Origin: Ascoidea asiatica JCM 7603
Lineage: Eukaryota; Fungi; Ascomycota
Assembly: GCA_001600695.1 (NCBI GenBank)
Contig: BCKQ01000001.1
Location: 1,343,950-1,407,949, forward strand
Direction of reading: 5' to 3'
DNA length: 64,000 nucleotides
Position numbers and translations under genes: made by a program. Positions 43,334 to 55,600 of this stretch are shown piece after piece; positions within the stretch are counted from its first letter, which is position 1; each line of letters starts with the position of its first letter. The notes beneath the pieces are model-generated. The model searched no databases. It was not told the DNA's origin and worked only from the letters and a program-made list of their open reading frames with translations.

Positions 43334-45781
43334 TTAAAATATTCCTCCTCCAAAAATAAACAATCTTTCTTCATTTCTCTTGCACCAATTAACAATCTTT
43401 TTAGCACTTTGTATCAAAAATTCATTATTTACTGAGCCACCACTGATTAGATATATTTCATACTTCTCACTTATTAAAGAAAATCCAACAAAGTCATTAT
43501 TCTTTGTGGAACCTTTCCACCTTATTTGAAAACCTTGATACTTCAAATTTTTTTGTTTGTTATTATTAGTTTCTTTTTGTTTTTTCTTCAGCTTATCTTT
43601 ATGACCAAATAATACAAATTCATCTTCTTCCTCTATTATAGGTTTATTATAATTGGTGGCCATATTTTCCTTATTACTTTTACGAACCTTTCCAAAAAGC
43701 TCTGAGTATAAAACCATTAATTTTTTCTGCAATAATTCAGTTGGAAAATGAGGATTAAATGAAGCCATTACATACTGAAGATGCTTTCTTGATCTGAAAA
43801 TAAAATGATAAATTAAAGGAACTGGTATATCAATAACAGATATTCTACCTCTATTCAATGAATTGGAAAGATCTTTCAAGATTACGTGATTATTTTTATC
43901 CTTTATTAGTGAACTTATGATATTGGAAGAAGTTTTTCTTAACTCAAAAAATGAATTTTTGTCAGCACTGAGGAGAACCATAGCAATTCTTCCCGAATCA
44001 TTATTATTTTCCAAAGAATTTCGTAGATTATTATACATTGGATTATTATTATTATTATTATTATTATTATTGTTGTTGTTGTTGTTGTTGTTGTTTTTTG
44101 TTTGGTTCAAATTTTCATTGCCTGGAATGGCAGATAAAAGTTGATTTATATCAATATAGTTTATAAAAGCGTATAAAAACCCATTAGAATTGAATTTTGG
44201 CAAACAAATAGGAATCCAAAATTCTTCTTCGGTAGTTGAAAGCATTATTGAATTTTTATTTAATATATATGTTGAACCTGTAAATGAAGTGGCATCTGAA
44301 TTCAAAGAGTCATTCTCTGATGAGAATCTACTAGATATTCCATTTGATTTGAAAGTTCCAGAATTAAAAACGATGTTGAAAATCAATTGTAGATCAGATG
44401 TATGTAAAGAATGTCTCTTGGGTCTGACTATTGTTATTAATCTTTCTTTAGGAGCAACCAATAAACCATATAGCAAACTTTTATTTTTATGTTCCAAAAA
44501 TAAATGATCTATTTTATCTCGAACATGTTTTTTCAAATAAATTGCTTCAAGGCCACCAATAAGAAAACTTGGATTCAAATAATAATTCATAGAAAATTCA
44601 TTACATAAACAATCCAATCTGGATAAGTCAGTTTTTCCCAAATGTTTTCTTAGATCAAAATTATCTCTATTTTTAAAAGATCTTATAATATGAGGTTTTG
44701 ACAAAACTGATAAAAGAAAATCATACAAAAAATTTAGCTGATATAAAAGATCAGTTTCAGTTTCTGTAGGATACATTGAGGATATAGCAACTAATATTAT
44801 AGGTGATTTATTCAAAAAAACAAAATTAGTTTCACCAGCTGTAAATGATTTTATTGAATCTCTTTGAGTATTTGGATCAATATCTTCATTTGAATTTTCA
44901 CTCAGATCAAGATTAGAATGTTCAAAAAAAGATACTATAGTCTGTATTAAACCCATGTAACCAGTAACAAGGTCATCAGAACCATGCATTGAATATATTG
45001 GTTTACCAGCTGAAGATAAAATAAAAAAATGTTTTTTTCTTTTATGAAAAATATCTATGTCATCATCATCATCTGGATCCTCTTCTTCAACCAATGAGTT
45101 ATCAATATTGAACCCGTTTTCAATACTGATAAGGTTTGAATTTTCTATGATATTTGAACCGGATGATTCTTCGGATATCATTTCGCCTAATAAACTTTCT
45201 ATAGATTGATTTCCTGAGTATAATGTCATTGTTGGAATATGAGTTACTTGAGTTGACCAAGTATGAGAAGTGTTGGTTGAGTCAATTGAATTGACTGAAG
45301 GACTGTTTTCCATCGTAGTTGTTAATATGGGTGATTCAAGAATAGAATTTGCTAAAGAAGATCTCATACCACTTAATAATATAGAATCAGCATCAGAATA
45401 TTGCCTACTCTCAGCTATCAAGTTATTTTCAGGCAGTCCATCCATTCTAGCACTTTCAAACGATACAGCAGCTATAGGCTCTGCTGTTAATTTTGGACCA
45501 TTTAAAGAATTATTTCTTGATACTGTCAATCCTTTTGAATCAGAATTTAATCTCAAAGAACTTCGATTTATACCATGACTTTGCTTATTGTATTTGAAAT
45601 CAGGAATTGGACTAAGATGATTAATTTCTGGACTGGAATCAGAAGTAGCTTTATTGTCAATTAATTCGCTTTCTGAATTTGATATTTTTGATTGCTGAAG
45701 ATTTGGATCGGATTTCGATTGATCTTTATATCCTGAAAACTTGACAAAAAGAGATGAAGATGGACTCCATTTTGATGCCAT
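43334..45781 (-). CDS. MON1: Vacuolar fusion protein, Mon1-Ccz1 GEF subunit; 815 aa
   Basis: KHFFILSSAGKPIYSMHG, NFDLRKHL, RPKRHSLHTSDLQL, FWIPICLPKFNSNGFLY and EERLFIFGGGIF motifs. Confidence 0.95.
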   Translation of the reverse strand: MASKWSPSSSLFVKFSGYKDQSKSDPNLQQSKISNSESELIDNKATSDSSPEINHLSPIPDFKYNKQSHGINRSSLRLNSDSKGLTVSRNNSLNGPKLTAEPIAAVSFESARMDGLPENNLIAESRQYSDADSILLSGMRSSLANSILESPILTTTMENSPSVNSIDSTNTSHTWSTQVTHIPTMTLYSGNQSIESLLGEMISEESSGSNIIENSNLISIENGFNIDNSLVEEEDPDDDDDIDIFHKRKKHFFILSSAGKPIYSMHGSDDLVTGYMGLIQTIVSFFEHSNLDLSENSNEDIDPNTQRDSIKSFTAGETNFVFLNKSPIILVAISSMYPTETETDLLYQLNFLYDFLLSVLSKPHIIRSFKNRDNFDLRKHLGKTDLSRLDCLCNEFSMNYYLNPSFLIGGLEAIYLKKHVRDKIDHLFLEHKNKSLLYGLLVAPKERLITIVRPKRHSLHTSDLQLIFNIVFNSGTFKSNGISSRFSSENDSLNSDATSFTGSTYILNKNSIMLSTTEEEFWIPICLPKFNSNGFLYAFINYIDINQLLSAIPGNENLNQTKNNNNNNNNNNNNNNNNNNPMYNNLRNSLENNNDSGRIAMVLLSADKNSFFELRKTSSNIISSLIKDKNNHVILKDLSNSLNRGRISVIDIPVPLIYHFIFRSRKHLQYVMASFNPHFPTELLQKKLMVLYSELFGKVRKSNKENMATNYNKPIIEEEDEFVLFGHKDKLKKKQKETNNNKQKNLKYQGFQIRWKGSTKNNDFVGFSLISEKYEIYLISGGSVNNEFLIQSAKKIVNWCKRNEERLFIFGGGIF

Positions 45782-46351
45782 CAGATTTGTTTATTTTTTA
45801 GGTATTATTGTGAAAGAATTAAAAAATATAATTGTGGTGTTTATTTCGAAAACAATATAAGTGTTTATAATTATTTCTGTAGTATTTTCCAATGCTTTGA
45901 TATTTGAGCTTAGTTCCTATTACAATTCCTTTTAATAATCGGCAATGTATGTATGCCTTCCAAATCCCTTCAACTATTCTTAGCTTATTCTTCCAATAAC
46001 TCATAGTCAAGGCCTAAAAAGGTCTCGTGACTTTTGGTTTCGGCTGTGAACTTGTTGAAATTATTTTTAAAAATTTAGGAGAACCAAAGACAGTATTAAA
46101 ATTCGTTTAATTTCTAATTTAAAAATCTCTTCTCAGAAAGTGCTCAAAAAAAAATAAAAGAGGAATTCGAAAAAAAATGCTTTTCTTTTCCCAAATAAAA
46201 CTGCTTCAGAAATCAAACTTGTGAAGCTGTTATTACCTGTATATTATTTTTAGGGACATCGAAAAAATATGATGTCCTATATTTTTGCTGTAGGCTTTAG
46301 TTTAGGGCATGGACATGTCCTGTAATTTCTATTTTTTTTAATAGTATTTTG

Positions 46352-46436
46352 ATCACGTGTGTTATCCTCTTTAATTTTAAAAAAAATTATTTTGCTTAAA
46401 CATTTTCAAAATTTTGTTGATGCTTGAAATTTTTCC
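46352..46436 (+). promoter_or_regulatory. RRP6 promoter elements: ATCACGTG (Cbf1-like) and RRPE-like TGAAATTTTT
   Basis: ATCACGTG at 46352-46359; TGAAATTTTT at 46425-46434. Confidence 0.45.
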
Positions 46437-46544
46437 AGACTGGTTTAATTATTCAGATGAAATTATCTTCTACAGATACTTTATTTCATTTATTAATTGA
46501 AACTATTAAGAGATTGTATTATATTGGGTGTACTAGGTTTTTAA

Positions 46545-48944
46545 ATGAGTTCTTCAGGTGATAATTCTGTTGATCTTTTAGATTTGGTTCTAAATGATGT
46601 AAAGAAGGTAACTGAAGCTACAAACAAATTAGCTGATCAAGATATTAATTTTTATAAAACAATTGATTCTAAGTTCTCCAATGCAGTGGAAAAATCAGGA
46701 TCTCATTTACTTGAGATTATAAATACAGTTCTTCAAAGTATAGATGAAAATAATAAAAATTCAAAAATCACTGAATATGGTGCTGATGGTCTAAAGGAAA
46801 GTTGGAAAAATGTTTCCGAAGTACTAGACAGTGCTTTTGAAAAATCAGATATCGCTTTTGATCAACATTCTAAAATGAAAGCAAAATCGCAATCCGGCAA
46901 TTTCAAGAATTCATCTCCTATTAATATAGATCATAATGACTCAAAATTAACATATTTAGATGACGATAATACACCAGTAAGGGGTAATGGTATACAGATG
47001 AAAAGAGTTGGAAAACCACAAAATCGTTTTAGAATTCCTATTGATAATTCGGAGCAATCTCCTTTCAAACCCAAATTAACAACTAAACCAAATGCATTAA
47101 AATCATTTGAAGAAGTTTCTGCTTTAATTCAATATGATTATAAAAAAGAAGAAAATCAAGATGATGAGGTAGACAATCCTTTTCATTATGATCATCCATA
47201 TAAATTTGAAATTTCACATCAACCATATCCAGAATCTATATTGCAAATCAAAAAGCCAATAGAAAGCAAGCCTTGGGATTCCACCGAAGCTATATGGGTT
47301 GACTCGATCGAATCCTTAAATAAAATGGTGGAAGAGTTAAAGAGTTCAACAGAAATAGCAGTTGATCTTGAACATCATGATTATAGAACATATTATGGTT
47401 TAGTATGTTTAATGCAAATTTCTTCCAGGGAACATGATTGGATCGTTGATACTTTATCCTTAAGAGATGATTTAGAGATTTTAAATATAATATTTACTAA
47501 TCCTTTAATTGTTAAAATATTTCATGGTGCATTTATGGATATAATTTGGCTTCAGCGAGACTTAGGCTTGTATATTGTTAGTTTATTTGATACTTATCAT
47601 GCTTCGAAATTATTAGGATTTCCAAGACATGGTCTAGCCTATCTTTTAGAGCATTTTGCAAGTTTCAAAACATCTAAAAAATATCAATTGGCTGACTGGA
47701 GAGTAAGGCCCTTGACAAACATAATGATGCAATATGCCAGATCAGATACTCATTTTCTTTTAAACATTTTTGATCAACTAAGAAATCAATTGATTGAAAA
47801 AAATCTTTTGAAAGAAGTTTTACATGAATCCCGAAAAGTCTCTAAAAGAAAATTTGAATATAATAATTTTAGACCTATAGAATATGATCCATATATTGTT
47901 TCTCCTAATTCAGGTAAAAGTTTTGATAAAAATACCCCTTGGGAAAATATAGTTAATCAATATAATATTCCACCTTCAAAAGAAAAAATTTTAATAGCTC
48001 TTTTTAATTGGAGAGATCAATTGGCAAGAAAAGAAGATGAATCTCCTGTTTATGTTATGCCAAATAATTTACTTGTTTCTTTAACTATAGGTTCACCTAT
48101 TGATGCTCCAGGTGTTTTAGCTTGTTCAAATAATATTACAGATTCAGTCCGAGTTCATGCTAAAGAAATTAGTAAGATCATAGAAAACGCAAAAGATTTA
48201 GCAGATATGGAGCAATCTCAAAAAATAAGTAATATTTTAACCTCACATTCAGTTGATAGTAATAATGATAACGATGTTATTTCTGAACAATCAGTAAATC
48301 AAATAACCTCAAATTTTGCTAAACTCATGAAGAGTTCAAACTATAGAGAAGATTTAGAGAATAATTTAATAAAATCCCATGGAAGTATATTCTCTAGTAA
48401 TTCATTTCTTACAAAAGCCAATGTTAAAACATATCAATGGTGTGTTGCATTTGAAATTGGTAAAAAACCGTCTTTCAAAAATATTGGTGATTTGATTTCA
48501 CGAAAGAATATTATTGATGAGAAATTGGGAAGCGGTACAAATATGCTAGAAACTAAATTTATACCTTCAGAAATAATATCCGATGATGAGGAAGAACAAG
48601 AGATTGAAACTCCTCCCGAAAAGATTGAGTCCGATGAATTGGTAGAAGAGATAGCTCAAGAACCAAAATATGATAAAAGAGAAGTTATAGTGCTACGAAA
48701 AAATAACCCAAAAAAGAGAAAAAATAAAGATTCTGTAAATGTTGATATAAGTAAAGCAATTGATTATGCAAACTCTTCTAAAAGTATATTAAATAATAAA
48801 GAAGAACGGGAAAAAGAAAAAAATAAAAGAAGAAAAAAACCTTGGAATCCTTACAATGTACCTTTAGTTGGACCAGAGCCTGCTAAAAAGATGCCAAGGC
48901 AAAGTAAAGGTGGTAAGTCTGTTTCATATAGAAATAAAAGATAA
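46545..48944 (+). CDS. RRP6: Nuclear exosome 3'-5' exonuclease, 799 aa
   Basis: EIAVDLEHHDYRTYYGLVCLMQIS, KKYQLADWRVRPL, YARSDTHFLL and HRDC WRDQLARKEDESP motifs. Confidence 0.96.
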   Translation: MSSSGDNSVDLLDLVLNDVKKVTEATNKLADQDINFYKTIDSKFSNAVEKSGSHLLEIINTVLQSIDENNKNSKITEYGADGLKESWKNVSEVLDSAFEKSDIAFDQHSKMKAKSQSGNFKNSSPINIDHNDSKLTYLDDDNTPVRGNGIQMKRVGKPQNRFRIPIDNSEQSPFKPKLTTKPNALKSFEEVSALIQYDYKKEENQDDEVDNPFHYDHPYKFEISHQPYPESILQIKKPIESKPWDSTEAIWVDSIESLNKMVEELKSSTEIAVDLEHHDYRTYYGLVCLMQISSREHDWIVDTLSLRDDLEILNIIFTNPLIVKIFHGAFMDIIWLQRDLGLYIVSLFDTYHASKLLGFPRHGLAYLLEHFASFKTSKKYQLADWRVRPLTNIMMQYARSDTHFLLNIFDQLRNQLIEKNLLKEVLHESRKVSKRKFEYNNFRPIEYDPYIVSPNSGKSFDKNTPWENIVNQYNIPPSKEKILIALFNWRDQLARKEDESPVYVMPNNLLVSLTIGSPIDAPGVLACSNNITDSVRVHAKEISKIIENAKDLADMEQSQKISNILTSHSVDSNNDNDVISEQSVNQITSNFAKLMKSSNYREDLENNLIKSHGSIFSSNSFLTKANVKTYQWCVAFEIGKKPSFKNIGDLISRKNIIDEKLGSGTNMLETKFIPSEIISDDEEEQEIETPPEKIESDELVEEIAQEPKYDKREVIVLRKNNPKKRKNKDSVNVDISKAIDYANSSKSILNNKEEREKEKNKRRKKPWNPYNVPLVGPEPAKKMPRQSKGGKSVSYRNKR

Positions 48945-49052
48945 ATATTTTCTCTTTAAAAATAAAGTAATGAATGATTTATTAAAAACTTTTTAAAATA
49001 TACAAAATTGTTAAAAAAACTATAATAATATGTAAATACTGTAATACAAATT

Positions 49053-52000
49053 TTATTTGACTTCCCAACTAGCGAAAACACACCATGAAACACCTCCATC
49101 AGCGACAGTTAATCCTTTCCAAATCCCATTTTCATTCAAAGTTATGCTTTTTTCCCATCCGGTATAGGTCATCGAAGATTCCTTTTTGTTTAATGGTATG
49201 ACCCTTCCTCTAGGACTTTGAATAGCTATTTTTCCTTGAATATAAGCACCCTTTGATTGATTATCCTCCGATAAATACTGATCAACTTTGTAAATATATG
49301 TAGAATTCAAAGGTAGGCTTTCCACTTGAGGCTCCTTAACATAAATATCACTATTTTGACAATGAATGGTGGCACATCGATTAACAAATGATAAAGGCTT
49401 GTTTTTTCCTTCATGATAAAGTGGAATTGTGAAAGAAAGGGGATGGATAGATTTAGTTGACCTTTGATATCCTTTAGGACCTGATCGGATTTCTAATAAT
49501 CCTGCTTCTACCATAATAGGTAAAATCGCCTTGATTTTATAAAACTTTAGGTTATGCTTCCAATATGGTTGAGCTAATGTTAATCCCCTTTTATGGAAAG
49601 CATTTCCCACACCTTGTGAGAACTCACTTAAAGGACTCAAATTAGCAAACAATTCAATGTATGTAGGAACATGAATATCCATCTCAAATGCTTCAAGATC
49701 TTTCATTCTAGTGAATATTAAATTTAGTTTATGAATTTTTAAACGATTATTAAAGAAGTTTGGTAGGCAAAGAGGTAAACAAAAAGCTGATTCGGAATCG
49801 ATAGAAGGTTGAATATGCTGCTGCTCTATAATTATAGGAATATGAGTATGAATTAGTTCTAATGGCTTACTTAAAAAGTATAAAAATGATGGTGAAAGAG
49901 AACTATTTTCTTGCGGATCTTTTCCTCTAGAAATTGCTAATTTTCCGAAAGAATCTGTAATCTCTATTGAAGAATCCTTATTATATTCTGAAACTAGAAC
50001 TTTTTTCAATGGATTAGTAGAATTGGCCAAAAAACAGTCAATAAATAGCCATTCGAATTGTTCATTATCATTATTTATATCAATCAACACAGAACTCCAG
50101 ATATGATCAGCTACAGGATTTGAATTGTCACCAAATGGATCTTTGAAAACTCCTAGTATGATTTCATTTTTGATACCCAAAAGATCTAGAAAATACTTGA
50201 ATAACCATGATAATTCATATTTATTTGCAATTTTGTTTTTAAACACCTGGTTTAGATTATTTGGTTGAACCCTTATATCTGTCTGAGTCTGCAAATTTGG
50301 ATTATTCACCAATTCTATCCTTTCTGTACAAAAAATATAAATAGCTCTTATTTGTTCGAGCACAGCATTATATCTGATACCAATATCGTTTAATATAAAG
50401 GACTTGGGTGTTAAATATTGAGTCTTTAAATTTCTAATATAAGAGTCAACAAGGTTAAATTTCTCGGGATTGAAATTTAAATGATCTGACTGATGTCTAT
50501 TATTTTGTTTTGGTAAAGGAGGTAAATCTTTATCTTTTATACTGGAATAAGTATGGTAATTTGATCTTAATCTAACAATTTCATTAATATTAACCTTAGT
50601 CAATATTTTTTGAGGCTCAGTTATTAAAAATCTTTCCGATTCTATACCTCTTTTGATTCTTTCTTTTTTTTCCTTTGTTGTTAATGAAGAAGATCTATTT
50701 AAGTTTAATCTACCTTCAATATAAGAAACTTCTGTATCAGACTTATCTAAATTAAAGTCATTTAATTTATTTGTTAAAACTTTTGGAGTATTATATTTAT
50801 TTGCAACTTGGTATTTTTGATTTTGAGTTCTAAAATTACCGGTTAAATCATCTGAAAATAAATTATTATGATTGTGACCCGAATCTTGTCTATTGAAAGA
50901 AGCATAATCTTCAAACGCATTTGGAATTGATAATAATTTCTTGAAAAAGCTTGATCTCTTTTTTTTTTTTGACATTTGATTTGGGTTAATTTTAATAGTA
51001 CTAAAATCAACATTATCTGGATTTAAGTCTTGATAGTCATGATTTAAATGTTCATTTAGACCAAAGTTTGAATCACTATTATTATTATTACTCAAAGAAT
51101 CATCATTATACACATTATGTTCAAGTTGTTGATTCAAAAGATCCAAACTTAAAACATTATTTTCATTTGAATTATTTTCATAATTTCTTTGAATTTGATT
51201 ACTACTTTCATCATTATCATCATCTACTAATGTTAATTTAGGAGATTTAATTTCCATTCTTTTATAAAATTTATCATTAATTTCATTATTTTTACGAGAT
51301 TTGAAAGACTTTGAAGACTTTGGAGGAGTTTGAAAATTAGAATTAATTGATGGAGAAGTATTTGAAGTTGAGTTACTTTTAATTGATTTATGCCTTGCAA
51401 AACTTTGAGCGCTAAGAGCACTTAAATGAGTATAATTTGTATAATTTGAAGATGTAGAAACTGATGAATCACTAGTATTACTTATTGAAGAATTCAAATA
51501 AGATAAAGTATCAAAGCAACTATTTTTGGAAACAGTTGTTGGAGAATTCAATATTGAATTATTGTTATGATTAGAAGAAGATATATTTGGAGTATTTTGA
51601 GTAATTGTGGAATAATTATTACTTATTAAGTTTGATTCATAGAGAGTATTTGGATCATAAGGTGGAATAAATTCTTCAGATTTTTGTAAATGATATGGAA
51701 TTGCAAAAGATGCAGTTGGTGATAAAAATTTAGAATTGGATTGAAAAACTGGAGAGTTTGAATTGATTGGAGATTTTAAAACAGGTGAAGAATTATGAGA
51801 AAGTTGAGAATTAGGAGAAGTTGAAAATCTATTGTTTTCAAAATTTTGAGATATTGGAGATAAAACTGGTGATAATAAAGATTTATTTTGAAATTGATTT
51901 TGAAAATTATTTTCAATTCGTGAATTATTTCTATCATTATGATTATTGTAATTATGATTAGGATTATGATTTTGATTGTGAGGAGGTGGTGGAGGAGGAG

Positions 52001-52685
52001 AAGGAGTTGAAGTTAAACGATTTTTAAAATTTTGATTATAATCATAGTTATAGCGATCATCAATTTGATCTTCATTTTTAATTATATACTGATTTTCATT
52101 TTCATAATCATACTCATTTTCACTTTCATTTTTGATGAAATTTTTATTATTATTGATTATTGATTGAAAATTGATTGGATTATTTTGAAATTGATTGGAA
52201 TATATACTTGGAGAAGAATCTGTAGTTATGAATGAATTATTACTATTATTATTATATAAAGTTGATTGAAATTTATCAATTTTATTATTTAATCTTTCAA
52301 CTTCTAAAAAACTTGAATTTCTTGAATCTGGAGTTAAAATATTTTTAGTATCAAATTTTATGGTTTTTTGTTGATTAATTATAGAATTTTTTATGAGATT
52401 ATTTGAATTATAATTATTTAAGGTATCATTGATGGTATTATTGATACTGTCATTGGTTGTATCATTTATTGTATCATCAATATTTGTATTGGCGTTTAAA
52501 TTTAAAATTTTTATAAAATTTGATGGAAAATTACCAGTCATTTTATTTCTTTTTGAAGTACCATGCCACCAATTTCCATCACCAAGATCATCAACAATAA
52601 TAATATCACCTTCAATAAACCCAAGATCATTTTCTTCTTCACCACCCCATGAGTAAATTGCTTTTACAGTGAATGGTAAATCCAT
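49053..52685 (-). CDS. CYK3: Cytokinesis protein with SH3 and transglutaminase-like domains, 1210 aa (ATG at 52685)
   Basis: N-terminal SH3 LPFTVKAIYSWGGEEENDLGFIEGD...WWHG...GNFPSNF; HIWSSVL and FIDC; C-terminal WCVFASW. Confidence 0.9.
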   Translation of the reverse strand: MDLPFTVKAIYSWGGEEENDLGFIEGDIIIVDDLGDGNWWHGTSKRNKMTGNFPSNFIKILNLNANTNIDDTINDTTNDSINNTINDTLNNYNSNNLIKNSIINQQKTIKFDTKNILTPDSRNSSFLEVERLNNKIDKFQSTLYNNNSNNSFITTDSSPSIYSNQFQNNPINFQSIINNNKNFIKNESENEYDYENENQYIIKNEDQIDDRYNYDYNQNFKNRLTSTPSPPPPPPHNQNHNPNHNYNNHNDRNNSRIENNFQNQFQNKSLLSPVLSPISQNFENNRFSTSPNSQLSHNSSPVLKSPINSNSPVFQSNSKFLSPTASFAIPYHLQKSEEFIPPYDPNTLYESNLISNNYSTITQNTPNISSSNHNNNSILNSPTTVSKNSCFDTLSYLNSSISNTSDSSVSTSSNYTNYTHLSALSAQSFARHKSIKSNSTSNTSPSINSNFQTPPKSSKSFKSRKNNEINDKFYKRMEIKSPKLTLVDDDNDESSNQIQRNYENNSNENNVLSLDLLNQQLEHNVYNDDSLSNNNNSDSNFGLNEHLNHDYQDLNPDNVDFSTIKINPNQMSKKKKRSSFFKKLLSIPNAFEDYASFNRQDSGHNHNNLFSDDLTGNFRTQNQKYQVANKYNTPKVLTNKLNDFNLDKSDTEVSYIEGRLNLNRSSSLTTKEKKERIKRGIESERFLITEPQKILTKVNINEIVRLRSNYHTYSSIKDKDLPPLPKQNNRHQSDHLNFNPEKFNLVDSYIRNLKTQYLTPKSFILNDIGIRYNAVLEQIRAIYIFCTERIELVNNPNLQTQTDIRVQPNNLNQVFKNKIANKYELSWLFKYFLDLLGIKNEIILGVFKDPFGDNSNPVADHIWSSVLIDINNDNEQFEWLFIDCFLANSTNPLKKVLVSEYNKDSSIEITDSFGKLAISRGKDPQENSSLSPSFLYFLSKPLELIHTHIPIIIEQQHIQPSIDSESAFCLPLCLPNFFNNRLKIHKLNLIFTRMKDLEAFEMDIHVPTYIELFANLSPLSEFSQGVGNAFHKRGLTLAQPYWKHNLKFYKIKAILPIMVEAGLLEIRSGPKGYQRSTKSIHPLSFTIPLYHEGKNKPLSFVNRCATIHCQNSDIYVKEPQVESLPLNSTYIYKVDQYLSEDNQSKGAYIQGKIAIQSPRGRVIPLNKKESSMTYTGWEKSITLNENGIWKGLTVADGGVSWCVFASWEVK

Positions 52686-55600
52686 TTTATTCAATAACTT
52701 TTTATATTTTTATTCTTCTTTTTGTTTGGCAAGATTTTGATGAAAAAAAAAAAATTTATGGAGATTAATCTAATATAAATTGAATTAATATTGATTTCAA
52801 TAATAATAAATTATATGAATATAATTGTGATGAAATTCATCTCATATTTTATTTAATGAATAAAATAATGACCGTTTAGAAAGAAGTCAGTATTGACAAT
52901 TTTTTTCAATAATAATGGTGTAAAACAAATAATATTCAAAATTTTTATTTATTCTAGTTTAATATTTATTCAATTGCAGATCAGTATTTATTATTCTATT
53001 ATTTAGATATTATTTAATTATTTAAATCTTTTGATGGTTAAATTTGTTTACCATTTGCCTAATCAGGATTATTAATTGATAAACCGTTAGTGTTTGGGTG
53101 AAGCCAATATATGGGATCTTCTATGCCAAATAAATAATAAAATAAAAGTGATTCTAAGATGTATTTAATCGAAATTATTGATAATTGATGTGATTTATAT
53201 GATTGAATGAATTGATATAATTTTATAATTGAATAAATTCAATCAGATCAAAGAATTATGGAATATGAACTATATATATATATATATTACTGTCTTTGAA
53301 TTTCATATTTATGTTATATATAATCTAGTCTGCAGATATATAACGTCAATGGAGTGCTATTTATTTATAACTACGTGCTCTGTAGTATTAAGACTAACTT
53401 AGTATGGAAAAGGCTTACATTCGATACAGCATATAATGTAATTCTGTTCAACTCAATTATAACTTCATCTTTTTATTTTTTTGCTATTATATTTAGAAAT
53501 TACTTAGAGATTAAAATAGAAAAGCAAAGATGATAAATTCATTTTTTTAGAGATCTGAGACTTAAAAAAAATTGTGGTTGTATTCACAGTATTTGAAAGT
53601 GAAATAAAATGAGTTCTCATTTACACATCTTTTTCAGTCATGGAAAACTGTTCAATTAGACTCTTTTTTTTGAATTACTTTAAATTATTCAGTCTGGAAG
53701 TTGTATTACAAAATTCAACTTAACCGATAATAACAACGAAGTGAAAACCTAAAATAAACTAGACTGTTCCTTGATCTTTCTAATCATCAATAATTTTCGG
53801 CCATTGATCAACTTGATATTGTTGGGATTCTTGAGACACAATGGAATAAATTAAGTTGTTTTAGTTTAAAAATTATCAGGGTTAATAAAAAAATGATGTC
53901 AATATTATAAATAGATTAATAATAAATATTAAGTATTATTATATGTAAAATAGTAAATATAAAACTCGATAATTTAAAAACTTTATAAAATAAAATAAAT
54001 ATAAGACAAAAACAGACATATTTATATAGTTTTAAAATAATTGAAATAAACAAAAATGAAAAGACTTATTCAAAACTTGTAATATTTAAAATAAAAATTA
54101 TAATGTTGGACACGATTTTGAAAGAGCTTTCAATTACCTTTTTAAAAGCCTCAAACATCTTGAGAACCGCTTCCCACTTAGTTGGAAATAGAAAAACTAA
54201 TGAAAAAGCGGTCGAGATATTTTTATCCAATCATAATGTTTCTATGAAATAACTTGCAACCATTTGAAATAAAAAGTTACTGTGACTATATTGGCTTTTG
54301 AATAATGGACAGTTAACCACTAACATATCTGCAAACACAAAATGTATAATTCAAATAAAATGTGAACATTGGATATTAATTACCAATCAATAGTTAATTA
54401 CTTTATGCCATTAATAGAATTTGCAAACAGCAATTGTAAAATAAAAAGCAACAAAACCCATTTTAAAACAAAACTAAATTTCAGTAGCCGTGTGAGACTT
54501 GATGATTATAGCCACACCCAACTGATGGTTTTGGAAAATGTTTGCAAAAGATAAGTTAATAAATATAATATGCATTATACTTGAAAGGCTTATACGCACA
54601 AAAATGTCTTTAAACAAAAACATATAATAAATAGTGTGATTATAAAAAGTTTGAATAAAAAATAATACTTTAAAGTGTTTCGTAGTAAAAGCAAAAGGAG
54701 CTACATTTAAGATAATTATTAAGAAAGTAAAATATCTTTAATTCATAACTGAAAAAAAATATTACTATCTTATGTAGTAACCAAAAAAGTTGATGATTAA
54801 AATAAATAAAAAAACAAATAAGTCGAACGATTCTAGGCAAATAAATAGTATACAAGCTTCAGTTAATCTGCAAAATTAATAATAAAAAATTATTGACAAC
54901 TAAATGCGGATAAAAATTAAAATAGTAAAAAAAATTAGTAAAATTTGTTGAAAAAGTAAGCCTTTATTATCGGGATTTTGAGGTTAAAAAGGGCGAATTT
55001 TACGGTTATAAAGGGTGTCTTGAATATTTCAAATCTTGCTAACGTCGTAAATTTGATAATTTTGAGAACAAATGCGGCTAAGACAAATATGTCCGGATAG
55101 GGAAGGTGCATATTCTGCGTGATATTTAATTTTGCAGCATAAATTGTAATCCGGGTATTAATTTAAATAAACTTTATTGGCTGGATTTTGTATTTATAAC
55201 TTTAGTTTGTTATTCTGAAATTTCACATGACCTGTGCTTCCCCACAAATTTGGTTTGAGGATATTGTGAATAATGTTGAAGTTGATAATTAATTTTAATA
55301 TGTTAGTTGAAATGAAATTCAATAAAATTGCACAAGTGATAATAATACTGTAGTTTCATAAAAGTGGTCTTATAAGTAGAAAGGTAATAGTAGGGAAAAT
55401 ATAAAAAAAAAAAAAAAAAAGATGTTTGTGCACTTGAATAAAAACGTAAAATCATTGTGATGGTACTTAATTTATAAGTTTGAATGGTTTTAACTGGAAG
55501 GAGCTCGCTTCCGTACAACGGTTAAATATGCTCCAAAAGAATCTACGATATATAGTATAGCAGTAATTTGAAAAAGTTAATTTTGAAAATTTTTTTAATA

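Noticed and set aside
53820-54400. Solo LTR (TGTTG starts at 53820 and 54104)
   Set aside because: No matching CAACA end with target-site duplication, and no second copy in the window.
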